Shown here piece by piece: positions 25,896 through 34,983 of a stretch of DNA of 64,000 nucleotides. The stretch's first letter is position 1, and every line of letters begins with the position of its first letter. The position numbers and the translations under genes are program-made. Where the stretch lies: positions 15,691 through 79,690 of IMG/VR virus record IMGVR_UViG_2767802109_000003; one strand, 5' to 3'. Origin of the DNA: a virus (taxonomy: Duplodnaviria > Caudoviricetes). Under the pieces are notes generated by a model that saw only the letters and a list, made by a program, of their open reading frames with translations, ran no database searches and was not told where the DNA came from.

Positions 25896-26291
25896 ATGAA
25901 CGCCGCCGCCCAGATCCGCCGCACCCACGCCGCCGCCCAGCGAGTGACCAAAGCCCTCGCCTACCGGGCCCGCAGCGGAGCCGTCATCGTCGCCGTCGAG
26001 AACGGCCGCCTCGTCCGCACCGGCGACATCCTCAACCGGCTCGGCGCCGCCGACCTCAAGGACGGCTACCAGTCCTGGTACGGCCGGCACGTCAAGAAGG
26101 CCCACATCGCCGCCACCGGCAGCGAGCCCGTCCGCGTCTGGGTCCGCCACCGCACCACCGGCAAGTGGATCCACGTCCACGCCTACAGCCCCTTCGACAT
26201 GGCGCTGTACATCGGCCTCGCCACCTACAAGCAGACAAAGCACCTGGTCCAGCCCAGCCTCTTCCAGGCCGCCTATGCGGAGGCCGCCTGA
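25896..26291 (+). CDS. Hypothetical phage protein
   Basis: AAGGGGG RBS; 131 aa. Confidence 0.75.
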   Translation: MNAAAQIRRTHAAAQRVTKALAYRARSGAVIVAVENGRLVRTGDILNRLGAADLKDGYQSWYGRHVKKAHIAATGSEPVRVWVRHRTTGKWIHVHAYSPFDMALYIGLATYKQTKHLVQPSLFQAAYAEAA

Positions 26292-26353
26292 TGCGCCGGC
26301 TGGAGTTCAAGCTCGCCGCCGCACGCCTCGCCCTCGCCGCCTAGGAGCCCGCC

Positions 26354-26656
26354 ATGCTGAACCCTCTGATCGTCTGGGAGCCCGGAACCCTCGTCCGCTA
26401 CCACGGCAGCATCACCGAACTTCACGGCGAGTACCGGGCCTACCCGTGCACCTGCCTCCGCTGCGACGACCCGAACACCGGAAGCGTCCGCTTCGAACTC
26501 GTCGACCAGACCGGCACCGTCGTGGCTTCCTGTATCCGGGCCCGTTCCATCACGCGGGTCAACGACGGTGACGCCGACACTGGCCACGACGACTGCATCG
26601 AACCGCACTACGACTCGTCAGGCGAGTACGTCGACTGTGACGGCAGGCCGCTGTGA
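26354..26656 (+). CDS. Hypothetical phage protein
   Basis: AGGAG RBS; GTLVRYHGS, CTCLRC. Confidence 0.7.
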   Translation: MLNPLIVWEPGTLVRYHGSITELHGEYRAYPCTCLRCDDPNTGSVRFELVDQTGTVVASCIRARSITRVNDGDADTGHDDCIEPHYDSSGEYVDCDGRPL

Positions 26657-26925
26657 TCGCCCGCCCGTCGTCCCCGGTTCCGGTGCCGGATGCGGTGGCC
26701 CTGCTGGCCGGCCGTCATCTTCCGGCCCGGGTCCAAGCGGCAGTGGCGGATGCCGCGGAGGCGGCCCGCCTGTACGCCGCCTGCCGCGGCCCCCAGTACA
26801 CCGAAGCCCGGCAGCTCCTCGAAGCCCGACTGTGCCGAGCCAACAAGGTGCTGGCCGCGCACAATCCTGGGCTCACCGTGCGGTGGGCCAACATCCCAAC
26901 CCTCATCACGAAGGAGGAGCGATGA
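26653..26925 (+). CDS. Hypothetical phage protein
   Basis: GTGA coupling. Confidence 0.55.
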   Translation: MIARPSSPVPVPDAVALLAGRHLPARVQAAVADAAEAARLYAACRGPQYTEARQLLEARLCRANKVLAAHNPGLTVRWANIPTLITKEER

Positions 26926-27092
26926 CCGCTCCCACCCAGCCGCGATTCGTCGTGGAGAAGCACGGGCCCGGCAGCTTCTACGTCTTCGACACGGCCAGCG
27001 GTCTGAGCCGCCACCCGTCCTTCACCCGCCGGGGCGCCCAGAAGATCGCCGACCGGAAGAACGCCGAACAGGCCACGAAGGAGCGCCCCTGA
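26922..27092 (+). CDS. Small hypothetical protein
   Basis: AAGGAGG RBS, ATGA coupling. Confidence 0.65.
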   Translation: MTAPTQPRFVVEKHGPGSFYVFDTASGLSRHPSFTRRGAQKIADRKNAEQATKERP

Positions 27093-27262
27093 TGGAGATC
27101 GTCAGCATCGACAAGGACGGCAACGTCGTCGTCAAGATGAGCGCACGGGAGACGAAGGCCGTGTACGACGACCTCAACTACATCCCGTTCAACCACATCT
27201 CCCCGCCCGGCGCCAAGTTGTGGGCACTGCTGGAGACGATCGCCGGAAGGGAGACGCTGTGA
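27092..27262 (+). CDS. Small hypothetical protein
   Basis: AAGGAG RBS, TGATG coupling. Confidence 0.65.
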   Translation: MEIVSIDKDGNVVVKMSARETKAVYDDLNYIPFNHISPPGAKLWALLETIAGRETL

Positions 27263-27465
27263 CCGCGAAGCCACGTAAGCCGTGGCGGGTGATCCTCACC
27301 CAGGGCGGCATCGAGTCCGCCCAGGTCGCCCACACCAGCGAAGCCAAGGCGTACCAGCACGTGCGGACCGCGCTCCAGGCCGGTGCCGACACGGCGTGGG
27401 AAGGCGGACGCTGGTGGCACTTCGAAACCGTCCACGCAGACGAGATCCCGCAGGAGCCGTCATGA
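27259..27465 (+). CDS. Small hypothetical protein
   Basis: GTGA coupling. Confidence 0.6.
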   Translation: MTAKPRKPWRVILTQGGIESAQVAHTSEAKAYQHVRTALQAGADTAWEGGRWWHFETVHADEIPQEPS

Positions 27466-27887
27466 CCGCAGACGGGGAACCGATGGACGTCGAACAGGCC
27501 GTCGCGAACCTCGACCGGGCAATGCACGACCCCGCCCGCCGCTCGGACGCTGTCGGAGATCTGTTCGCCGCCCTCGGAGCCGCAGCCCAGCAGGCGGCCG
27601 ACCTGCGGCGCGCGGCTCGTGAACTCGCCCGCGAAGCCCGGCGCAACGACCCGATCACGCGCGCCAACCGGTCCGCCGGTGCCCGACGCGGATGGGAGAA
27701 GCGCCGGGTACGCGCAGAGCGGGAACGGCTCCTCGACTCCATCGGCAACGAGGTCGCCCGGACCGGGCCCGTCTGTGACGAGATGAACCACAACTCCGTC
27801 GGCTCCGAAGTCTTCTGCCAGCTCGAGCCCGGCCACGAAGAAGACCACGACGACGACAACGGCACCACCTGGGAACGGGAGGACTGA
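27462..27887 (+). CDS. Hypothetical protein with C-terminal C..C..H..H motif
   Basis: AGGAG RBS; CDEM..FCQLEPGHEEDH. Confidence 0.65.
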   Translation: MTADGEPMDVEQAVANLDRAMHDPARRSDAVGDLFAALGAAAQQAADLRRAARELAREARRNDPITRANRSAGARRGWEKRRVRAERERLLDSIGNEVARTGPVCDEMNHNSVGSEVFCQLEPGHEEDHDDDNGTTWERED

Positions 27888-28020
27888 CCATGCGCCACCC
27901 CATCCCTGCCCCGCCGCCCGGCCCGCTGGTCGAGCTGGGGACTCCCGCCGACTGGTGGGACGAAACCCCCGCCGAATGCGCCCGCTACGACCGCGCACAT
28001 TTTGACCGAGACGAGGACTG

Positions 28021-28197
28021 ATGAACGAGTACCCCTACCTGCCGCCCGCCTGCAAGCAGGACCGCTGCAACCACGAGGCCGGCCAGTGCCTCCGCTACCG
28101 GTCCCGCCGCTGCCTCTCAGGCGAATGCACCCACGCCGGCCAGAACCTCCTCTGCGCCGTCAACTACCCGACCCAGAGCACCGCGGCCAGCCGATGA
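28021..28197 (+). CDS. Small Cys-rich protein
   Basis: GAGGA RBS; six Cys in 58 aa. Confidence 0.5.
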   Translation: MNEYPYLPPACKQDRCNHEAGQCLRYRSRRCLSGECTHAGQNLLCAVNYPTQSTAASR

Positions 28198-28358
28198 CCG
28201 TTCCGAACCCGATGGGCTGCGCCGCGTGCGGCATCGACCGCCGCGGCCACGGCCGCCAACACACCGAGCAGGCCGGCTGGCACGCCTGGACCGAGCCCAC
28301 CCAGCAGCAGATCAAGGACCGCGTGCTCGCCCGGCGAACCGAGAGGAAGCGCCCGTGA
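28194..28358 (+). CDS. Small zinc-binding phage protein
   Basis: PMGCAACGIDRRGHG..GWHAWTEPT; ATGA coupling. Confidence 0.65.
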   Translation: MTVPNPMGCAACGIDRRGHGRQHTEQAGWHAWTEPTQQQIKDRVLARRTERKRP

Positions 28359-28648
28359 CCGGCCGCCTGTCCGCGAAGGCGGCCCGCGCCGTCCTGGATG
28401 CCGCCGAGATCGTGAAGGCCCCCGACTGGCCGGAGACCCGACACTGGCATGTCGTCTCCGGCGGGCGGACGCTCGTCGTCATCGAACCGTCCTACGGCGG
28501 AACATCCCGCACCGGACGTAACGGATGGAACTGGTGGCTCGCCGATGGGGCCCGCAGCCGGCACCAGCCCGAACCCGCCCGCGAGAAAGCCGCCCTCGCC
28601 GGGCTCGCCGCCTGGCAGCGATGGGCCACCAGCAAGGAGACGCCGTGA
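28355..28648 (+). CDS. Hypothetical phage protein
   Basis: GTGA coupling. Confidence 0.6.
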   Translation: MTGRLSAKAARAVLDAAEIVKAPDWPETRHWHVVSGGRTLVVIEPSYGGTSRTGRNGWNWWLADGARSRHQPEPAREKAALAGLAAWQRWATSKETP

Positions 28649-28890
28649 CCGTGGACACCGAACGGCAGGTGATGCAGCCCGTGTTCGAGATCGGCGGCCA
28701 GCAGTACTGCGCGGGGGACCAGGTGCGGTTCCCGCGCGCCGCCACCCGCAAGGACCGGGCCCGCATCTACGACATCACCGAAGCGGGTCCCGGCGGGATC
28801 ACCGCCGAGGTCGACGGATGCCGGTACCAGCTCAGCCGGGGCGACATCGCCGCCATCGGCATCACGCACGCAGACGGGGAGAACCGATGA
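28645..28890 (+). CDS. Hypothetical phage protein (SH3-like)
   Basis: AAGGAG RBS; GDQVRF. Confidence 0.6.
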   Translation: MTVDTERQVMQPVFEIGGQQYCAGDQVRFPRAATRKDRARIYDITEAGPGGITAEVDGCRYQLSRGDIAAIGITHADGENR

Positions 28891-29426
28891 GACCACTGCT
28901 CCTGATAGATGTCGACGGGCCCCTCAACCCGTGGGCAGCCAAGCCGTCTCGCCGTCCCGAGGGCTACCAGACGCACCGGATGCGACCCACCGGCTGGGAG
29001 CAGCCGTGGCAGAAGCCGCTCCGCGTCTGGCTCAACCCCGCCCACGGTCCCGCCCTCCAGGCGCTGCCGTTCGACCTCATCTGGTGCACCACCTGGGCGC
29101 ACGAGGCCAACGAGTGGATCGGCCCGCACATCGGCCTGCCCGAACTGCCCGTCATCGAATGGCCCGACGGTGCGCAGCAGCCCCGATCCGGTTGTGTCGG
29201 CGGCACCTTCTGGAAGACCCGCCACGTCGTCGACTGGGCCGCGGGCCGCTCGTTTGCATGGATCGACGACGACTTCGACGACATCGACCGCAAGTACGTC
29301 GACCACGAACACGACGGGCCCGCGCTCCTGCACTGGGTCAGCCCGCGAGACGGACTCCTCGACCGAGACTTCAAAGCGCTCGCCCGGTGGGCAGCCCGGC
29401 TCAACAGCAACGACGAAGTGGCGTGA
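28887..29426 (+). CDS. HAD-superfamily phosphatase (HAD_SAK / RNA-repair type)
   Basis: LLLIDVDGPLN, WCTTW, FWKT, FAWIDDD. Confidence 0.88.
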   Translation: MRPLLLIDVDGPLNPWAAKPSRRPEGYQTHRMRPTGWEQPWQKPLRVWLNPAHGPALQALPFDLIWCTTWAHEANEWIGPHIGLPELPVIEWPDGAQQPRSGCVGGTFWKTRHVVDWAAGRSFAWIDDDFDDIDRKYVDHEHDGPALLHWVSPRDGLLDRDFKALARWAARLNSNDEVA

Positions 29427-29518
29427 CCGCCCCGCCGAGGGCCCGCACCTGACACGGTGGGGGCCCTCACGCATGCAGTGGGCAGACTGTAGGGAGATCA
29501 CCGGAAGGAGGTGAGACC

Positions 29519-29665
29519 GTGCCCGTCAGGTCCAGGGCGCAATGGCGCTGGATGTTCGCCAACAAGAAGGCGTTCGCCCACCGCTGGGCCCGCTCAAGGA
29601 AGCGCCGCTACGGCAAGACCACCGGCTACCGCACCCTCCCCGCGCGGAAGCGAGCCCGCCGCTAG
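29519..29665 (+). CDS. Very basic 48-aa protein (not in ORF track)
   Basis: AAGGAGG RBS; MPVRSRAQWRWMFANKKAFAHRWARSRKRR..; stop overlaps portal stop (CTAG). Confidence 0.7.
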   Translation: MPVRSRAQWRWMFANKKAFAHRWARSRKRRYGKTTGYRTLPARKRARR

Positions 29666-31368
29666 GCAGCAGCCAGCCCCCGCGAGCCCCCGCCCTCCTC
29701 TTCGTCCTCGGTCTCGTCCTGGCCCTCGTCCGATCCGGCCTCGGTACCGTCACTGTCGGCTTCGTCCTCGTCGTTCGGCTCCTCAGGCTCCTCGCCGCCG
29801 CCGGTGTTGAACGGGTCGCCGGCCGGGGCCATGGACTGCTTGTCGTCGCGGATGCGCCGCACCTCGGCCATGATGTCGGCGTCGTCCCAGGACGGCTCCC
29901 GCATCTTCACCTTCATGAACGTGGAGATCGCCCCCGCCGAATCCAGCAGCGACAGAGTCCGTGCGGTCGCTTCCGGATCGGGTTGCACCGCCTGCGGCCA
30001 CGACGCGGTCAGCTCAGCCGCAGGATCGACACCCTTCGCGCGGCAGTGCCGCACGTCGACCATCATCATCGTCGTCAGATGGTCGAGCAGCGCCGGCCGC
30101 TGGTACAGGATCTTCGTGCCGCGGGTCGTCAACGACTCTTCCTTGCGGGCCGTCACCTCGGTCGCCGTCGTCGCGACCGTCCCCTCCTCGCCGAAGCTCT
30201 GCGCGGAGTAGCCGGCGCTCGAGAGGATCTGGCGGCGCAGGGCCTTCGCGGTCCGTTCGTGCTCCTCAACCCGGATCTTGAACTGGATGTCGGTGATGGA
30301 ATCCTTCGCGTCGCCGCTGTCCAGCATGTTCAGGGCGACCTGCACCTCCTGCTCCAGGTTGTAGGAGCCGCCCGTGCCCGGCCCGTCGGTGTCGAGCATC
30401 GACTGCGGGATCAGCAGCCGGGCCTTACCCAGCCGTAGGTCCCTCATCCAGCTCGTCCAGGATTCGTCGAGGGCATCCATGAGCGGCTCCACCCCAGACA
30501 GGTCTGACCGGCCGAGCGGCGCCGTGTTCGGCACCCCGTCCCACACCCGGTTCGGCAACACATTCGGTACATGCGTGATCAGCAGCCGGCCGATGCCCGT
30601 CGACTGCCGGCCCTGACTGTCGGTGCGCGCCACCAGGTACTCGGTGTCCGGATGGTCGGCCAGACTGTCCGCCCGCATCCCGAGTACACCAGGGCCGCCC
30701 TCGTACAGGCCGTACTCGATCGCCCCCGGCGTGTGGAACTCCAGCAGCCGCCACACCTTCGACGTGTCCGCAAGAGGCGCCAGCTCCCGCCACACGATCG
30801 CCTCCGCCAGCTCACCCCACCGCCACGTCGGCACCACCGCCTCAGGGGCGATCACATCCGTCCACGGCCGCGGGCGCAGCGTCGTATCCCACACCACCCG
30901 CAAGTAGACGTTCGACAGGCCCGCCGTCAACTCCGCGGCCTCCCGCAGCTTCGCGTGGCCGCGGTCGTCGAGGTAGCGGCCGATCTGCGCTGTCGTCGTC
31001 TTCGCGGTGGCCTTGTCGGTGGAGTCGGCGTCGACCGTCACCTGCGGCACGTCCGCCCACAACAGGTTCGCCGACAGCTCGGCGATGTCCGCGGCGATCG
31101 GCACGTGCAGCTTGGCGGCCTGCTGGCCGGGCGTGGCGTCCTGCCCCCAGAAGGTACGCAGCTCGTCACCGCCAGCAGCACGCCGCTGGTCCACGTCGAA
31201 GAACTGGCGGGCCACAGCGTTGGAGCGGTAGTTCGTGGGCCCGCCGTACACGGCGGCCAGATGATCTGTGTTGCCGGAGTACCAGGCCCGCCACATGTCC
31301 ATGTCGGCGTGCGGGATCTCCAGGGCAGGCGGCGGCCAAGTGGTGTTCCCGGACGGGGGCAGTGGCAT
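29662..31368 (-). CDS. Phage portal protein (SPP1 gp6-like)
   Basis: 568 aa, follows terL; acidic C-terminal tail; LHVPIAADIA, ILSSAGYSAQSFG. Confidence 0.9.
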   Translation of the reverse strand: MPLPPSGNTTWPPPALEIPHADMDMWRAWYSGNTDHLAAVYGGPTNYRSNAVARQFFDVDQRRAAGGDELRTFWGQDATPGQQAAKLHVPIAADIAELSANLLWADVPQVTVDADSTDKATAKTTTAQIGRYLDDRGHAKLREAAELTAGLSNVYLRVVWDTTLRPRPWTDVIAPEAVVPTWRWGELAEAIVWRELAPLADTSKVWRLLEFHTPGAIEYGLYEGGPGVLGMRADSLADHPDTEYLVARTDSQGRQSTGIGRLLITHVPNVLPNRVWDGVPNTAPLGRSDLSGVEPLMDALDESWTSWMRDLRLGKARLLIPQSMLDTDGPGTGGSYNLEQEVQVALNMLDSGDAKDSITDIQFKIRVEEHERTAKALRRQILSSAGYSAQSFGEEGTVATTATEVTARKEESLTTRGTKILYQRPALLDHLTTMMMVDVRHCRAKGVDPAAELTASWPQAVQPDPEATARTLSLLDSAGAISTFMKVKMREPSWDDADIMAEVRRIRDDKQSMAPAGDPFNTGGGEEPEEPNDEDEADSDGTEAGSDEGQDETEDEEEGGGSRGLAAA

Positions 31369-31380
31369 GACGGTCTCCTT

Positions 31381-32631
31381 CTAGGCTGCGAGGGCGAGCT
31401 GGCGCTGCCACAGGGGTCTGGTCGTGAAAATGCCGTAGCGGAGGGCGTCGACGCCATGGTCAGCAACCTTCAACGGCTGCTCCTCGCCGCGCAGGGCGGC
31501 CTTGTCGTCCCAGCTGTAGCCGCCGATCTCCTGGATCAGGGCTTCGCAGGACTTGTGGACGAGGAGCTTGTTCGAGGCGAGCAGCGCGGCCACGGTGCGG
31601 ATGCCGTCCATGACGTCGTTCTTCGCCGGGGTCGGGGTGAGCCGGTCCCGCTTCAACTGGGTGACGAAGGAGGCGGCGGAGGGGTCGACGGTCACGAACT
31701 GGGGACGAACGGCGCCGATGCCCGGGACCTCGGACAGCCACCCCCGGAGCCGCTGCGAGTACTCGGTGTCGGTGAGCTGCTTCTTCGTCTGCCGCGCCTC
31801 GTAACGCCACTCCGCCGCCGCGTACAGGCGCCGGTCGCGCCCCAAGCCCAGCAGGACTGCATGGAACGGGTTCGACGTGCCGTAGTCCACGCCGAGGCTG
31901 ATCCACTTGTGGATGCCGTCCCGAGGCAGCGACGAGACGATATGCCGGTCGCGGTCCCACGAGTCGTAGATCGCACCCTCCGCGGCCACCCACTCGCCCA
32001 GGATGAACCGCCGGTAGAAGAGGCCCTCGTGGGAGGCCTTCATGTCGGCGACGTAGTCCTCGTCGAGGAACGGATTGTCGTCGATCGTGAACGAGAACCT
32101 GCTCACCGGCTTCCTGCCGGCCTGCGACAGCCAGTCCCGCATGAACCAGTGCGCCGGATTGTCCGGGTTGGTGGTGCACAACAGCTGGGCGCCGCGCACC
32201 GACATGCGACCGTACAGCTGCTCGAAGAAGATTTGCGGGACGAGGGTGACCTCGTCGACGTAGGCGCCGCACACCGTCATACCGCGGATCTTCGGTTCGG
32301 ACTTGGCGTCGTTGGCGCCGATGACGTGCACCACCCGGCCCAGAATGATCGCCGTGGGCGCGCCAGGCGTGTAGTGGATCAGGGACGCGATCGGCCCGAA
32401 CAGGGCCGGATCCTGCATGGGCAAGAACAAGTTGCGGTGGATGGTTTGCGACGTCTTCCCGATCATCACTAGCTCGCCTGTCGTCGGCGCATTCGCAATG
32501 AAGATCAACCACTTGAGCAGAGACGCGATCGTCTTGCCCGACCGGATCGCCCCCTCCCAGCACGAGATTTTGGTCGTCGACTCGGCGACAGACCGGATCT
32601 GCTTCCGGGACAGGGGCATCGTCTCGAGCAC
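31381..32631 (-). CDS. terL: Terminase large subunit (PBSX type)
   Basis: Walker A EGAIRSGKT, Walker B AYVDE, TTNP, nuclease GVDYG..DP..DHGVDALRY. Confidence 0.96.
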   Translation of the reverse strand: MLETMPLSRKQIRSVAESTTKISCWEGAIRSGKTIASLLKWLIFIANAPTTGELVMIGKTSQTIHRNLFLPMQDPALFGPIASLIHYTPGAPTAIILGRVVHVIGANDAKSEPKIRGMTVCGAYVDEVTLVPQIFFEQLYGRMSVRGAQLLCTTNPDNPAHWFMRDWLSQAGRKPVSRFSFTIDDNPFLDEDYVADMKASHEGLFYRRFILGEWVAAEGAIYDSWDRDRHIVSSLPRDGIHKWISLGVDYGTSNPFHAVLLGLGRDRRLYAAAEWRYEARQTKKQLTDTEYSQRLRGWLSEVPGIGAVRPQFVTVDPSAASFVTQLKRDRLTPTPAKNDVMDGIRTVAALLASNKLLVHKSCEALIQEIGGYSWDDKAALRGEEQPLKVADHGVDALRYGIFTTRPLWQRQLALAA

Positions 32632-32633
32632 GG

Positions 32634-33149
32634 CTACGCCTCGTCGCCCTCGGCCTCGTCCTGCTCCCGCGAGTACCGGACGAGGGCATCGCCCAGCGAC
32701 CCCAGCATGCTCTTGGCCGAATCGAGTCCGGACGCCTCGGCCGGCGGCACCAGCTTCAGCACCTTGTCCACGGCGATCGCCGCGGCGGTGATGAGTGCCT
32801 TCCGGTCCGCGTTCGGCGCCTCGGTGAAGGTGTGCTCGTTGTACTCGTTGTCCTTGCCGCCGAAGGCAAAGACGGTGGTCGGCTGGTAGATGCGGCGCAG
32901 GGAGTCCTCGGCGATCTCCATGAACTGCTCGGCGATCAGGCTGCGGCGCTCCTCGAGGTCTGCGGCGCGCGCCTCGGACGCGGCACGGATCTTCGACCGG
33001 TCGAAGGTCAGACCGAGGTGGGCGGCCGTGCGGGAGATCACCGAGTTGGTGATGCCCATCTCGCGGCTGATCTCGTTACGGCCCATGCCGAGTGCGTGGA
33101 GCTCTCGAAGCTTGGGCCATTTGTCCTCGGCCATGATCTCTCTGGCCAT
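32634..33149 (-). CDS. terS: Terminase small subunit (HTH)
   Basis: N-terminal HTH GMGRNEISREMG; directly upstream of terL. Confidence 0.75.
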   Translation of the reverse strand: MAREIMAEDKWPKLRELHALGMGRNEISREMGITNSVISRTAAHLGLTFDRSKIRAASEARAADLEERRSLIAEQFMEIAEDSLRRIYQPTTVFAFGGKDNEYNEHTFTEAPNADRKALITAAAIAVDKVLKLVPPAEASGLDSAKSMLGSLGDALVRYSREQDEAEGDEA

Positions 33150-34010
33150 TCAGGGCCTCCAGGTGGTGCGGGCGCGGCGGCGCAGGAGGGTGGGCAGGGG
33201 CGTCCCCGAGACAGGCCACGCCGGTGACCAGGGGATCAGTGCACAGCGGCAATGCGGATGGCGAGGTGGTGAACTGATCGCCGTCGTGAACACGGTGCGC
33301 TGCGGGTCGAGAGACAGGCCGCCTCGGAATCGCTCTCCGGGGCGGATGTGGAGTCCGGCGTAGGCACGGCATGCAGCGCAGGCCCCGGCCTCGGTGACCC
33401 ACAGCAGGCGAATGTCAGGGCCGAGACTGCGGGCAATGTGCCGTGCGGCGTTGGCGGCAGCACTGCCGACCGCAACGGCGGTGGCCCTGGCGATCCTGCC
33501 GACGGCACGCCTGGCCCGGGAAAAGGCGGAGTTGAGGCCGGCGAGGCCCATCGCGGTGAGGCCGGTGGTGGTGAGCAGGGCGAGCGCATGGCCCTGCTCT
33601 TCCTGGATGGCGGCGGGGATGGACGCGGCGGCGGTGCGGGCGTCAGCCCCGGTGTCGACGATGGCGGGCGGGACGGGCTGGCCGCTCATGGTGGCGGCGA
33701 TGGCCACGTTCTGCTGGGCGCTGCTTTGTGCCGCGTTGAACGCGGCTCGTTCGGCGACGGCTTGGGCTTGCGTGCTCTTACCAGCGAAGGCTCGGCGGAG
33801 GAGTTCGCGCGCCCAGGTGATGAAGTCGGCGAGCCGTTCGGGGATTTGCTGGCCGATGGTTTCGCGGATCCAGCGGGTGACGGCGGCGGCTTGGGCGTCG
33901 GTGAGGGCTTGGGCGAGGGGCCGGGTGGCGTCGGCGATGGCGCGCTGTTCGAGGGCGCGGAGCCGTTCGGGCTGCTGCTGTGCCCGGTCGGCGATCTGTC
34001 CGCTGTCCAC
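33150..34010 (-). CDS. Head morphogenesis (Mu gpF/SPP1 gp7-like) protein
   Basis: ACAAC and PPRHPHCRC motifs. Confidence 0.8.
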   Translation of the reverse strand: MDSGQIADRAQQQPERLRALEQRAIADATRPLAQALTDAQAAAVTRWIRETIGQQIPERLADFITWARELLRRAFAGKSTQAQAVAERAAFNAAQSSAQQNVAIAATMSGQPVPPAIVDTGADARTAAASIPAAIQEEQGHALALLTTTGLTAMGLAGLNSAFSRARRAVGRIARATAVAVGSAAANAARHIARSLGPDIRLLWVTEAGACAACRAYAGLHIRPGERFRGGLSLDPQRTVFTTAISSPPRHPHCRCALIPWSPAWPVSGTPLPTLLRRRARTTWRP

Positions 34011-34161
34011 TCAACACCCCCCATCATCCTTCGAATCTAAGAGAATCTTGCCTTCTCGCCTTTGATTGTGCAGCATTGAGGCAGGTTCAGGGTTAACATC
34101 GTGGCCAACGCGAGGTGATCAAGGCATCACCGACCCGCGCAGGCCGCCCAAGGAGGCACCG

Positions 34162-34965
34162 ATGTCGACCCCCGCCCAGCCCGACAACGCACCCGCGGAA
34201 CCGAGCACCCAGCCGGCCACCCCGCCCGCGCCCGAAGGCACCCCCGCGCCGACTCCGCCAGAGCCGACCGCAACCCCCGCCACGCCCGCGCCCGAGCAGC
34301 AGCCCGAGCCGACCGCGCCGACCGAACCCAAGGGGAAGTCCCCGAAGTTCGAGGGCGAGTTCGACCCGGCGAAGTTCGAGAAGCTCGTCGAGAACATCCG
34401 AGGCGACGTCGCAGCTGAGAAGGCCAAGCGCGAAGCCGCAGAGAAGCGGGTCTCTGAGATCGAGCAGAGCCACGCCGACTTCATCAAGAAGCTGGCCGGG
34501 CTCGCCGGTGTCAAGACCGACGAGGAGAAGCCGCCCACCCCCGAAGAGCTCGCCAAGCAGCTCGCGGATGAGCAGGCCCGGACCAAGGCGTCCGACGACC
34601 GCACCCGCGAGATCCGGGTTGAGCACGCCCTCTACAAGGCTGCACACAAGCTGCAGGCTGACGCAGAGCTTCTGACAGCCGTTCTGGCCCACGGCGGCCA
34701 GCTCGCCAAGCTCGACCCGAACGCCGAGTCGTTCTCGGCCGACGTGGAGCAGGCAGTCAAGGCAGCCGTCGAAGCAAACCCGAAGCTCAAGGCCAAGGCG
34801 CCGGAGCCGAAGGAGCCGGCCCCCACTCCTGCGGCGGGCGCACCGATGGACGGGGCCCCCGGCGGAAAGCGGCAGCTCGGCAAGGCGGACGTGGACCGAA
34901 TGACCCCCGAGCAGATCGATCAGGCCGTGAAGGACGGACGACTCAAGTCCTACCTGGGCGGCTAG
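34162..34965 (+). CDS. Capsid scaffolding protein
   Basis: AAGGAGG RBS; Pro-rich N-term, coiled coil; precedes capsid. Confidence 0.8.
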   Translation: MSTPAQPDNAPAEPSTQPATPPAPEGTPAPTPPEPTATPATPAPEQQPEPTAPTEPKGKSPKFEGEFDPAKFEKLVENIRGDVAAEKAKREAAEKRVSEIEQSHADFIKKLAGLAGVKTDEEKPPTPEELAKQLADEQARTKASDDRTREIRVEHALYKAAHKLQADAELLTAVLAHGGQLAKLDPNAESFSADVEQAVKAAVEANPKLKAKAPEPKEPAPTPAAGAPMDGAPGGKRQLGKADVDRMTPEQIDQAVKDGRLKSYLGG

Positions 34966-34983
34966 GCCACTTAGGAGCCTCCG

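Noticed and set aside
29662-34010. Invertible segment switched by the recombinase
   Set aside because: No inverted repeats detected at both ends of the packaging block
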